Assembly: GCF_018398935.1 (NCBI RefSeq)
Contig: NZ_CP074694.1
Span: 750,001-782,000 of the forward strand
DNA from: Telmatocola sphagniphila
GTDB taxonomy: Bacteria > Planctomycetota > Planctomycetia > Gemmatales > Gemmataceae
Reading direction: 5' to 3'
Length of the DNA: 32,000 nucleotides
The notes under the pieces were generated by a model, which was given only the letters and a program-made list of their open reading frames with translations, was not told the DNA's origin and made no database searches. Shown piece after piece: positions 1 to 8,642 of this stretch. Position 1 is the first letter of the stretch. Every line of letters begins with the position of its first letter. The translations under genes were made by a program, and so were the position numbers.

Positions 1-210
1 ACGGCGCCACTTGCCCTGCAGGATTTGCTCGGCCTGGAAATACGTGAGAAGTCCATCGCGAACGAACAGCCCGGCGACCTGAGTCGGTTCCGGGGAGAGA
101 CCGCCGCTGGAGCGCAAGGAGGTCAAATAAGTTTGTAAGCGGGCGTTATCGGTTACACCACTGCGTGTGACCAGCTCGATGAATTCGTCAATGGTCGACG
201 GACCGGCCAT
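1..210 (-). CDS. Ser/Thr protein kinase, N-terminal fragment (gene runs off the window start)
   Basis: The reverse complement of 1..210 starts at ATG (210..208) and reads MAGPSTIDEFIELVTRSGVTDNARLQTYLTSLRSSGGLSPEPTQVAGLFVRDGLLTYFQAEQILQGKWRR with no stop up to the window edge. It is missing from the ORF track because it is truncated. From memory, the 'LLT.FQAEQ.LQGKWR' module precedes the catalytic domain in many planctomycete Ser/Thr kinases. The kinase domain itself lies outside the window. Confidence 0.45.
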   Translation of the reverse strand, partial: MAGPSTIDEFIELVTRSGVTDNARLQTYLTSLRSSGGLSPEPTQVAGLFVRDGLLTYFQAEQILQGKWRR

Positions 211-398
211 GCTATGATAAGCTCCAGAGTAGGACTCGGACGGCGTAATGGGCTTCAGTTCCGAATCCAAAAAACTCCGCTCAGCAGAATTGAGACGGAT
301 GACTTATATCGAACCTCGCAACCTATTGAACATTGTAATTTGAGCATAGGTTAAAAATAGTGTTTGTCGAATCTCAATTCTAGGCAAAGCCAGGGAAC

Positions 399-698
399 AT
401 GGGCAAGCGGCGAAATTTAGAGAGATCCATTCGATTAATTCGAGCTGAATCTTCCGATGCGCCGGGCCTTCTGGTAATTCAGGAAAAAAACAAATCTCAG
501 TTCTATGTTTTTAGGGAAATTCCCTGTGAAATTGGGGGCCGCGGATTCGCGATGCACCGTCTCGGTTTGGGTAATTTATATCATTTGCGAATGGGTGAAC
601 CCACGGAAACTTCCTGTGAATGTCTCGGTTATCTCCGACATGGGCAGTGCAAACATCTTCAGGGAATGAGAGCACTCCTTACTCAGAAAAAGATCTGA
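399..698 (+). CDS. small stand-alone SWIM-type zinc-finger protein (99 aa)
   Basis: Complete ORF. The C-terminal 'SCECLGYLRHGQCKHL' fits the SWIM signature C-x-C-x(n)-C-x-H (C73, C75, C84, H86). No other recognisable domain. Confidence 0.6.
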   Translation: MGKRRNLERSIRLIRAESSDAPGLLVIQEKNKSQFYVFREIPCEIGGRGFAMHRLGLGNLYHLRMGEPTETSCECLGYLRHGQCKHLQGMRALLTQKKI

Positions 699-889
699 GT
701 GAGGCCAACTCACTAACAGAGATTTTCGTTCAGAACCGATCTTTGAGATTTCCCAATTTCCGGACTCCAACCTCTCGACCCAAAATTGGCAATCGCTGGC
801 TCCCCTTGATTTTTCAAATCGTTAAGGTATTCACCGACAAATAAATTGGTTAAATTTTTGCTCAAAAATCATTTGAGGGTAGAGTTTCG

Positions 890-1780
890 ATGCGGTTGAT
901 CTCCAAACAAATTCTGCTGGGCTTCTGTCTGTGTTTGTCCAGCTCTCCCATTTTCGCGGATGGACCCGCCTTGAATCCGCCTGCCAGTTCAAGTGCGGCC
1001 CCGATCCTTCCCGTTTCCGCCACGGGAAATCCCCCGGCCACCTTCGTAGACAACCCGATCTTCATGAAAGATCTTAAGACCGCAGCGCCTGCCCCGGCGT
1101 CCGCGATTGTGGAACCCAAAGTCTGGTCCGGCAGCTTTGAAGCCGGCATCAATGGCAGTTCGGGGAATACCGATGTTCTGAACGTCCGTATTGCCGGGAA
1201 TCTCAGGCGTGAAACCGACGAAAACATTTTCACGAGCGATCTGGTTTATGGGACGGCCCGACAGAATGGGATTTTAAATCAGGATAAAGCACTCTATAAC
1301 GCTCGCGATGAAATTCTCTTTGGACCGGATAACCCCTGGGCTCTATTCACCGCACTTCAGGTCGAGTACGATCAGTTTCGAGACTATGAATTCCGCGTCG
1401 GTCTGTTCGGCGGGGTCTCTTATACGTTCTTGAAAGATGATAACATTCTCTTCAAGGGGCGTATCGGTCTGGGGGAAACGGATGAAATCGGCAAAACCGG
1501 AGTGCCTTCCAAATGGGTGACTGAGGCCCTTTTCGGCTGGGACTTCGATTATAAGTTCACCGATCGGCAAAAGTTCACATCTTCGATCGATGTCTATCCC
1601 AGCCTCACCAATTTCGGACAATATCGCGTGCGAGCCAAGGCAGCGTATGAAGTGTTGATCGATCCTTCGACCGGGGCGACCTTGAAAGTTGGTATTCAGG
1701 ATCGGTACGACACCGATCCCGGATTTAATTACAAACGAAATGACCTCGACTACTTCACGGCGATCATGTTCAAGTTTTAA
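890..1780 (+). CDS. DUF481-like outer-membrane beta-barrel protein (YdiY-like)
   Basis: N-terminal signal peptide (MRLISKQILLGFCLCLSSSPIFADG). 'WSGSFEAGINGSSGNTD' followed by alternating beta-strand-like segments. The C-terminal '...TAIMFKF' ends in Phe, as in OMP barrels. Confidence 0.6.
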   Translation: MRLISKQILLGFCLCLSSSPIFADGPALNPPASSSAAPILPVSATGNPPATFVDNPIFMKDLKTAAPAPASAIVEPKVWSGSFEAGINGSSGNTDVLNVRIAGNLRRETDENIFTSDLVYGTARQNGILNQDKALYNARDEILFGPDNPWALFTALQVEYDQFRDYEFRVGLFGGVSYTFLKDDNILFKGRIGLGETDEIGKTGVPSKWVTEALFGWDFDYKFTDRQKFTSSIDVYPSLTNFGQYRVRAKAAYEVLIDPSTGATLKVGIQDRYDTDPGFNYKRNDLDYFTAIMFKF

Positions 1781-3072
1781 GCTTTGTACTTGGGATGAGT
1801 TTCCAGATATTTCTTCACCCGGTCCTCCCGGGTGATCGCCACTTTCAGAAATTCCACGGCTTCCAGCAACTTTTCGTCCGGTTCCGCGCAGCTAAAGCGC
1901 AAGAAGCCCTGGCCGGCAGTGCCGAAACACTCACCCCCCAAGCAGGCCACTCCCTTTTTGTCATCCGCCCCTTCGAGCAAATACATCGCCAGACCGTGCG
2001 ATTTGATTTTCAAGCGTTCGCAAATCTTTGCCACGTTCGGGAAGACATAGAAGGTGCCCTCCGGCATCAGCACTTCCAGTCCTTCCACCGTTCGCAAGGC
2101 ATTAACCAGTTTCTGGACTTTCAATTTGAAGAGCTGCATCACCGAATCCCGCTCGGCCGTATCGTGCAATAGAGCATTCATGGCGGCGGTTTGATTTATG
2201 GGCGGCACACAGGAAAGAGAAGTGTTGATCATTTTGCCGATCATATCCACGATCGGTTTACTCGAGATGGCGTAACCGACACGCCAGCCACTCATGGAGT
2301 AAGACTTGCTGAATGTGTAAGCCCCGACGCATTGTTCCATCATCCCGGGCTGTGCCAGGATGGAATTGTGCGACCCTTCCCAGATCATATGACAATAGGG
2401 CTCATCGCTGAATAAAGCGATATCTCGGCCGCGCACCAGGTCCGCGATTCCTTTGAGATCTTCGAGTGTTGCGACGCCGCCCGTCGGATTGTGGGGAAAA
2501 TTGAAGAAGATCGCTTTGGGCTTCTTGGCCGTTTTGATGAACTTTTCGACGTCGTTCAAATCGGGTCGAAAGGCGTTGCTCTGTTTCAAGGGCACATGAT
2601 AGGGGACGCCGCCGCGCCGGGCGATATTGGGCTCGAAAGTGGGGAACTGCGGACTGAACAGGAGGACGTCATCGCCCGGTTCCACGAATAACTCGCAGAA
2701 GAATTGTTCGAAAACCTTCGCCCCAGGCCCAACAACCACATTTTCCACCGTGGCCGGGATATGAAATTCTTTTTTAACGGTTTCGGCGATAACTTCTCGG
2801 AATGCGGGGAGGCCAAGCGAGGGGCAGTAGCGGGTCAACCCATCGTCGATCGCTTTTTTCCCGGCCGCCAAAGCGCTTTTCGTCGTGGGGAACGGGCTGT
2901 CGCCGATTTGCAATTCGATTACATCTTTCCCGGCGGCTTTGAGTTGTTTGGCTACGGCGAGTACGTCGAAGGCTGTCTCTGTGTTAAGACCCTTGGCAAA
3001 AGCGCTGGTGCGCAAAGAACTACTCATGAGATGTTGGGGTGCAGGGAAGCAGGCCGGCGCGGGCATTGCCAT
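1777..3072 (-). CDS. class I/II pyridoxal-phosphate-dependent aminotransferase (aspartate aminotransferase-like)
   Basis: 'FNFPHNPTGGV' (NPTG motif) and 'FSKSYSMSGWRVGY' (PLP-lysine motif SKxxxMxGxRxGY). The end coordinate is the longest ORF. The Met at 3027 (MSSSLRTSAF...) gives a more typical N-terminal length and may be the true start. Confidence 0.85.
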   Translation of the reverse strand: MAMPAPACFPAPQHLMSSSLRTSAFAKGLNTETAFDVLAVAKQLKAAGKDVIELQIGDSPFPTTKSALAAGKKAIDDGLTRYCPSLGLPAFREVIAETVKKEFHIPATVENVVVGPGAKVFEQFFCELFVEPGDDVLLFSPQFPTFEPNIARRGGVPYHVPLKQSNAFRPDLNDVEKFIKTAKKPKAIFFNFPHNPTGGVATLEDLKGIADLVRGRDIALFSDEPYCHMIWEGSHNSILAQPGMMEQCVGAYTFSKSYSMSGWRVGYAISSKPIVDMIGKMINTSLSCVPPINQTAAMNALLHDTAERDSVMQLFKLKVQKLVNALRTVEGLEVLMPEGTFYVFPNVAKICERLKIKSHGLAMYLLEGADDKKGVACLGGECFGTAGQGFLRFSCAEPDEKLLEAVEFLKVAITREDRVKKYLETHPKYKA

Positions 3073-3142
3073 CCAGCCATCCAGGAACCCGGCTCCTTGG
3101 ATATCGCGAATTAAAAAATCATTCTAGTAGCTTACCCGGACA

Positions 3143-3886
3143 CTAGCGGGCGGCAATGCGCTGTGCCAGCGGTGTGACTACTTGAGGTATGACGAAGGAT
3201 TCGATCAGCTCCTGCGAAATGCGTCGTTGATTGTGATAGGACTCAACGAACGACTTGAAGGGCTGTTTACCCCAGAACTGCCGGATGAGCACGTTGACGC
3301 TCAGTGGCGACTCGGTGAACTGGCCGCTCTGGATCTGGGCCAGACTGGAACGGGATTCCACGCCGATGCGGGCCTGGAGGCGGCATTTGTCGTCGAGTGC
3401 GAGCAAAATAGACGGCTCGTAGCCCACCACTCGGGCCCCGTCCAGATTCAACAGTCCGTCGAAAGGCGAGGACTGTCCCAGGGCTTCAGCTATCACCTGG
3501 TCGTGGTTGCCGGGATAGATGAAATCGAAGGTGTAGAACAGATCCAGCGATTCGAGGTTGAGACTGCTCAGGTCGAGATGATAGGGGGCGTTCTCCAAAA
3601 CCCGCGCATGCTGATTATCGGCATCCTCCAGCAATGGCGGATTCATGTAACAGGTGGAGACTCGTTTGCTCTCCAAGGCGATCCAGCGAAAATTCTCGGC
3701 TTCCCGCTCTTCCTCGAGCACGTACTCTCCGGTTTCTTTTTTCTGCAGCTCGGTGAGCTGTGGGAAACCTTTTTGCAAAGCTTCAAAGAAATGGAGAATC
3801 GTCTCAGAATGCAGCGGAAGATCGATTTTTGTGTTCAGATGTGCGTAAACGCCAAAATCGTCACAGATGGCGGAGTACGGGTTCAT
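3143..3886 (-). CDS. hypothetical cytoplasmic protein (247 aa, acidic)
   Basis: Long ORF with normal coding composition. It is divergent from the 4188 gene. I recognise no motif. The antisense ORF 3182..4015 has a skewed, non-coding-looking composition. Confidence 0.6.
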   Translation of the reverse strand: MNPYSAICDDFGVYAHLNTKIDLPLHSETILHFFEALQKGFPQLTELQKKETGEYVLEEEREAENFRWIALESKRVSTCYMNPPLLEDADNQHARVLENAPYHLDLSSLNLESLDLFYTFDFIYPGNHDQVIAEALGQSSPFDGLLNLDGARVVGYEPSILLALDDKCRLQARIGVESRSSLAQIQSGQFTESPLSVNVLIRQFWGKQPFKSFVESYHNQRRISQELIESFVIPQVVTPLAQRIAAR

Positions 3887-4187
3887 GCTATCAACTCCCG
3901 CGGCAAATCGAATTCGGGCGAAGCTCTCTTACCCATTGTTCTTCGCATCAAAAGGCTTTGCAACAAAGGCGGGGACAATCCGGAAGAAAGAGCACGGTTT
4001 TCATCGGGATTATGACTTTTGTGAGGAAAACGAGGAAAGGTATGTTATCATCTCGCTCGAGGGTGACCGATCGCCCGATCTTGAATTCGCGGAGGAGAAT
4101 CTTCAATTTCGCAAACTCCGCTGGATCAAGTCTCGTCATACCTGCAAGACTCCATGCACTCTCCCATCATTGTTCGAGGATAGACCT

Positions 4188-6389
4188 ATGAAATCCCTTC
4201 GTCGTTTACTTTGGCTGTCCCCAGTCGTCGGGGCAGTCGGCCTGGCTTCCTGGCTGGGAGCTCAGCCTGCAAAATCCGCACCAGACGTGCCGAAATCCGA
4301 ACTCAAAGCCATCACGACCTTGCCAATCAGCCGAGTGATTCTTTTTTCCTCGGGCGTGGGACATTTCTCGCGCTCGGGCGAAGTGGAAGGGGATGCTCGA
4401 GTCGATCTAACCTTCCCGGAAAATGACATCAATGACTTGATTAAATCGATGGTTCTCCAGGATTATTCCGAAAAAGGGCGCATTGCCGCCGTCACTTGCG
4501 ATAGCCGCGATCCCATTGATCGCACCCTGAAAAGTTTCGCCATCAACTTGAACAATAATCCCTCACTTTCCCAGATTCTCAATCAGGCGCGCGGCGAAAA
4601 GATCGAAGTTTCGCTCCAGCAGAATGCGACTTCCCAGCCTGCTCAGTTGACCGGCTCCATCATTGGCATCGAACACAAAAAAGAGAAGGATCAGGTCGAA
4701 GCCGAAATTCTCAATATGTGGTGCGCGGAAGGCGTACGCAGCATCAAGCTTTCTGAACTTCAGAGAATCCGCTTCCTGAATCCAGTGATCGAAAGCGAAT
4801 TCCGCCGCGCACTGGATGTGCTGGCTCTTTCGCACGATTCGCAGAAGAAAGCAGTGAGTTTACACTTCGCGGGTGAAGGCAAACGCAAAGTTCAAGTTTC
4901 TTATGTGGTTGAAAATCCGATCTGGAAGACCAGCTATCGTCTCGTGCTGGATAAGGCGGGTAAACCCTTCCTGCAGGGCTGGGCGGTGGTCGAAAATCCA
5001 ACCGATGAAGACTGGACCAATGTCTCGATGGCTCTGATCTCGGGTCGGCCCATCAGCTTCAAGATGGACCTGTATAACCCGATATACGTTCCGCGCCCCA
5101 CAGTGGAACCTGAATTGTTCGCTTCGCTTCGTCCACCAACTTATAGTGGCGCCCTCGCTCGAGCCAGTAAGGGGGAGGATGCCGTGGCCTTTGCGCCTGC
5201 ACCCATGGCGCCCGGTGCAGGCGGCTTTGCAGGTGGTCCCGGAGGCGGATTTGGCGGCGGCCGTGGCGCCATGGCGAAATCGGCCTCGGCAGCCGATAAG
5301 CCGATGGCCGCCAACATGCTGGGGGGGAATATCGCCAACGGCGAAGGGAGCCGGCAGCTTCAGGAACAGTTGCGCGAGCGCATGAACTTGGGGGCCGGTA
5401 TTTCTTCCGTGGCATCGGCATCTCAACTGGGAGATTACTTCCAGTATGTGATTGATAATCCCGTGAGTCTGGCTCGCCAGAAATCCTCGCTGCTACCGAT
5501 TGTTAATAAAGAAATCGATGGCACGCGCGTCAGTATCTACAATCCGAACGTTCAGGCCAAACATCCACTGTTGGGTTTGAAATTCAAAAACACTTCCGGG
5601 TTCCATCTCAGCCAGGGACCGATCACGGTTTTTGAAGGATCCACTTACGCCGGCGATACAAGAATTCTCGATATTCAGCCCAACGAAGAACGCTTGGTTT
5701 CGTACGCCGTCGATTTGGGGACGGAAGTATCCGCCAAGAATACCCCCGGTAGCGGCAAGATCACTCAGCTGAAAATCCAAAAGGGAGTTGTCTTCACCAA
5801 GACTCGGTTCCGGGAAGAGAAAGTCTACGATGTGGTGAATCGATCCACGACCGATCGGACCTTGCTGATCGAGCATCCCAATCGCAAAAATTTGGGCTTC
5901 AGTATCGTGGGGACCAACAAGCCCGTCGAAGAGACTGCGGATCAGTTCCGCTTCCAGACTGCCGTGCCGGCGGGCAAGAGCCTTAGCTACACAGTGGCCG
6001 AAGAGCGTGAACTGGGAACGGAAATGGTCCTGACCAACAGCCAGGATAACCAGATCCGATACGTCATTAACCTCAACGAAGCCAGCACCGCCGTCAAAGA
6101 AAAGCTGATGGAAGCCTTGAGTTTGAAGAAAAAATGGGACGATACTCGCCGGGATATTCAGGAAGTGAATAATCGCATCAACACGATTACTCAGGATCAG
6201 AACCGGTTGCGTCAGAACTTCCGCGAACTTCCAAAAGAATCGGAAGCGTACAAGAAGTACCTCAAAAAGTTCGACGAACAAGAAAAGGAGATGGATCAAC
6301 TCTCCGACAAGCTGCGCGATCTTCAGAAGCAAGATCAGTTGGGGCGGGTGGCTTACGAAAATTATCTCGGCAACCTGACTGTCGAGTAA
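4188..6389 (+). CDS. secreted DUF4139/DUF4140-like protein with Gly-rich linker and C-terminal coiled coil
   Basis: The internal Met at 4188 starts a clean signal peptide (MKSLRRLLWLSPVVGAVGLASWLGAQPAKS). The N-terminal 'ISRVILFSSGVGHFSRSGEVEGDARVDLTFPENDINDLIKSMVLQD' resembles the DUF4140/DUF4139 (MuiA-like) pattern. A Gly/Ala/Pro-rich stretch lies at about 5190..5350. The last ~110 aa are a K/E/Q-rich, heptad-like coiled coil. Confidence 0.55.
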   Translation: MKSLRRLLWLSPVVGAVGLASWLGAQPAKSAPDVPKSELKAITTLPISRVILFSSGVGHFSRSGEVEGDARVDLTFPENDINDLIKSMVLQDYSEKGRIAAVTCDSRDPIDRTLKSFAINLNNNPSLSQILNQARGEKIEVSLQQNATSQPAQLTGSIIGIEHKKEKDQVEAEILNMWCAEGVRSIKLSELQRIRFLNPVIESEFRRALDVLALSHDSQKKAVSLHFAGEGKRKVQVSYVVENPIWKTSYRLVLDKAGKPFLQGWAVVENPTDEDWTNVSMALISGRPISFKMDLYNPIYVPRPTVEPELFASLRPPTYSGALARASKGEDAVAFAPAPMAPGAGGFAGGPGGGFGGGRGAMAKSASAADKPMAANMLGGNIANGEGSRQLQEQLRERMNLGAGISSVASASQLGDYFQYVIDNPVSLARQKSSLLPIVNKEIDGTRVSIYNPNVQAKHPLLGLKFKNTSGFHLSQGPITVFEGSTYAGDTRILDIQPNEERLVSYAVDLGTEVSAKNTPGSGKITQLKIQKGVVFTKTRFREEKVYDVVNRSTTDRTLLIEHPNRKNLGFSIVGTNKPVEETADQFRFQTAVPAGKSLSYTVAEERELGTEMVLTNSQDNQIRYVINLNEASTAVKEKLMEALSLKKKWDDTRRDIQEVNNRINTITQDQNRLRQNFRELPKESEAYKKYLKKFDEQEKEMDQLSDKLRDLQKQDQLGRVAYENYLGNLTVE

Positions 6390-6407
6390 ATTCCCCGTAT
6401 CAACCGA

Positions 6408-7610
6408 TTAGACGCGGCTAATCCCCGCGTCTATTTTTTTTCCGCCGATCCAGACGTCCTGAACCTGCATAGCATCGTCCATCACCACAAAATCGGCTCG
6501 CTTCCCTGCGATGAGGCTGCCACATTCTTCTTCGAGACCCAGAATTCGTGCGGGCGTTAACGTCACGCAACGAGCGACGTCGTGCAAGGGGGCTTGCGTG
6601 GCTGTCAGCATCGTCCGAAAGCAATGGTCCAGTCCCACGACACTCGAGGCCAGGTTTTTCCCATCAAGGGTCAGCCCCACGCCTTCCTTTTTCAGAGTGC
6701 GAATCTGAGCATCCGGCGGGCCAAAGAGGTATTCCCCATCCGGCATATCGACCGCGCGATTAGAATCGGTGACCAGCGCCAGACGGTTCGGCCCCTTGAT
6801 CTTGTACGCCAGCCGGAGCAACGCATCCGAGAGATGTTTGCCATCGGCGATCACTTCCGTGGTGAGTTCATCGAAGTAAAGTGTCGCTTCCATCACGCCG
6901 CCGCGGTTGGGAAAATTTTGCAGGGCTCGAAGCTTGCCCCGATCGGACATCGCGCAAAAAAGATGATCCACATGGCGAATCCCCCAACGCACGGCCTCTT
7001 CCATTTGCTCGAACGTCGCGAACGAATGCCCGGCATTCATGCGAATACCACGCTGCAGGCATTCGCGAGTGAATACTTCCGCACTGGGCAACTCCGGGGC
7101 GACGGTGGCCGTGCGAATCGCATCGGTGTATTCCAGAACGGGGATGTAATCGCTGGGCAGGGGAGCTCGAACATTTTTGGGATGGCAGCCCACCGCTTCC
7201 AGAGCGAAGTAGGGACCATAAAGATGCGCCCCGACCACGCGACTACCCGTCTGAGGCTCATTCATAATCTGACGGGTCAGTTTCAAAAATTCCAGAATCT
7301 GTTCCGGACTGCCGACTGTAGAAGTCGGGGTCATCGTTGTGGTGCCGTGTCGGGCATGGCAGCGGCAAACGGTTCGAAAAGCTTCCGGAGTCAAGTCCAT
7401 GAAGTCCGCGCCCAGCCCGCCGTGCACGTGAGCTTCCACGAAGCCAGGGAAAAGATATTTTCCTTCCAGATCAATCGTCTCAATTGAAGGGTTGAAACTA
7501 AGGTCCGATTTCGACCCCAGCGCATCGATTTTGTCGTCGTTAAAGCGAAGTGTCCCCTCGGATAGCACCCGATCCGGAAGGACTAATCGGGCGTTGATAA
7601 ACTGCTTCAT
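6408..7610 (-). CDS. nagA: N-acetylglucosamine-6-phosphate deacetylase
   Basis: 'FPGFVEAHVHGGLGADFMD' (metal-binding HxH plus GG.G.dfMD), 'NAGHSFATFEQ' and 'HVDHLFCAMS' match the NagA amidohydrolase signature blocks. Length is 400 aa. Confidence 0.85.
   Translation of the reverse strand: MKQFINARLVLPDRVLSEGTLRFNDDKIDALGSKSDLSFNPSIETIDLEGKYLFPGFVEAHVHGGLGADFMDLTPEAFRTVCRCHARHGTTTMTPTSTVGSPEQILEFLKLTRQIMNEPQTGSRVVGAHLYGPYFALEAVGCHPKNVRAPLPSDYIPVLEYTDAIRTATVAPELPSAEVFTRECLQRGIRMNAGHSFATFEQMEEAVRWGIRHVDHLFCAMSDRGKLRALQNFPNRGGVMEATLYFDELTTEVIADGKHLSDALLRLAYKIKGPNRLALVTDSNRAVDMPDGEYLFGPPDAQIRTLKKEGVGLTLDGKNLASSVVGLDHCFRTMLTATQAPLHDVARCVTLTPARILGLEEECGSLIAGKRADFVVMDDAMQVQDVWIGGKKIDAGISRV
6409..6441 (+). 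terminator. rho-independent terminator of the 4188..6389 gene, embedded in the 3' end of convergent nagA
   Basis: Perfect 9-bp stem TAGACGCGG (6409..6417) / CCGCGTCTA (6425..6433) with a 7-nt loop, followed by T8 (6434..6441). It starts 20 nt after the stop codon at 6387..6389. Confidence 0.7.
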
Positions 7611-7749
7611 ACGTGAAATTCCCGTTTCAATCGTCAGAATCCAACGTTAGTCCACTCATTTGCTAAGGCCGCGGATTGACGGTTGTTGGAGAGGAGCATT
7701 CCGCTACGTTAATCTATCAGGAATGAGAAATTAAATTGAGGCGAAATCG

Positions 7750-8589
7750 ATGGGTCAACGTCGTGAATTGAAGGGGATGCGGGTTCTGGTAACGGGTGCT
7801 TCACAGGGCATCGGTCGAGCGCTCGCGGAACTGGCGGCTCGGCGGGGCTGCAAAGTGCTGGCCGCGGCACGTTCGGTCGATCTTCTCAAGGAACTGGCGG
7901 AAAAAGTCCGCAAAGATAATCTGGTGATGGAAGTGGTCCAGGCCGATGTCAGCAAGCCGGAAGATCGGCAGAAGATGGTCGAAGCTGCGAAGGAGAAATT
8001 CGGCGGGTTGGATATCCTCATCAACAACGCCGGTATCGGTGCCACCGGTCACTTCGCCGATTCGACGCCGGAAGTGCTACGCAATATCATGGAGACGAAC
8101 TTCTTCGGGGCCACCGAAACGACTCGTCTCTTTCTGCCCATTCTGAAGCAGGGGACCAAACCTGCCATAGTGAATATTTCCTCCATTGTCGGCCGCCGGG
8201 CACTTCCTGCCCGCGGTCTCTACTCCGCCTCGAAATTTGCCATGCAGGGGTGGAGCGAAGCGATTCGTGCTGAACTCGCGAAAGATAATATCGATGTGCT
8301 GGTGGTCAACCCGGGCCTGACGCAGACGAACTTTTCAAAAAATATGCTGGAGCAGAAAGCTAAGATCCAGATGGATCATCTCCGCGGCATGACGTCCGAG
8401 CAGGTAGCCGAGGCAATTCTACGAGCTACCGAAAAGGGGAAGAATAACACCAATCTGACGTTCCGCGGAAAATTGCTTTTATTGTTTACCCGGTTTGCAC
8501 CGGCTGTCATCGATTTCTTCGCGAAGAAGAAAGTGCGGAAGTTATTCGCCGAGGAAATTGCAGCGCGACAAGCAAAGAAAAACTCCTAG
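7750..8589 (+). CDS. short-chain dehydrogenase/reductase (SDR) family oxidoreductase
   Basis: 'VLVTGASQGIGRA' (TGxxxGxG), 'NNAGIG' and 'YSASKFAMQG' (YxxxK catalytic motif). Confidence 0.9.
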   Translation: MGQRRELKGMRVLVTGASQGIGRALAELAARRGCKVLAAARSVDLLKELAEKVRKDNLVMEVVQADVSKPEDRQKMVEAAKEKFGGLDILINNAGIGATGHFADSTPEVLRNIMETNFFGATETTRLFLPILKQGTKPAIVNISSIVGRRALPARGLYSASKFAMQGWSEAIRAELAKDNIDVLVVNPGLTQTNFSKNMLEQKAKIQMDHLRGMTSEQVAEAILRATEKGKNNTNLTFRGKLLLLFTRFAPAVIDFFAKKKVRKLFAEEIAARQAKKNS

Positions 8590-8594
8590 TCCCC

Positions 8595-8627
8595 CTCCAA
8601 CAGTCAGAATCCTTCCGTCTGTTGGAG
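8595..8627. terminator. hairpin between the convergent SDR and methyltransferase genes (possible bidirectional terminator, no U-tract)
   Basis: Perfect 9-bp inverted repeat CTCCAACAG (8595..8603) / CTGTTGGAG (8619..8627) with a 15-nt loop. It lies in the 53-bp gap between the stop codons at 8589 and 8643. Confidence 0.35.
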
Positions 8628-8642
8628 AAGGCTAAGAGAGTT

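Noticed and set aside
3182-4015. 277-aa ORF on the plus strand
   Set aside because: It overlaps almost all of the minus-strand 3143..3886 ORF. The minus-strand product has balanced, protein-like composition, and the plus-strand one does not. I am less certain here than for the other antisense ORFs, because neither product has a recognised domain.
3867-4187. 107-codon N-terminal extension of the 840-aa track ORF
   Set aside because: The extension overlaps the divergent gene start at 3886 and has no protein-like features. The Met at 4188 begins a canonical signal peptide.
5493-6332. 279-aa ORF on the minus strand
   Set aside because: It is entirely antisense to the well-supported 4188..6389 gene. 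It has no recognisable motifs. Its L/F/I/V- and G-rich, low-information composition is typical of the mirror frame of a K/E/Q-rich coiled-coil region.
6582-7487. 301-aa ORF on the plus strand
   Set aside because: It is antisense to nagA. Its R/H/G-rich composition is characteristic of a non-coding frame in GC-rich DNA.
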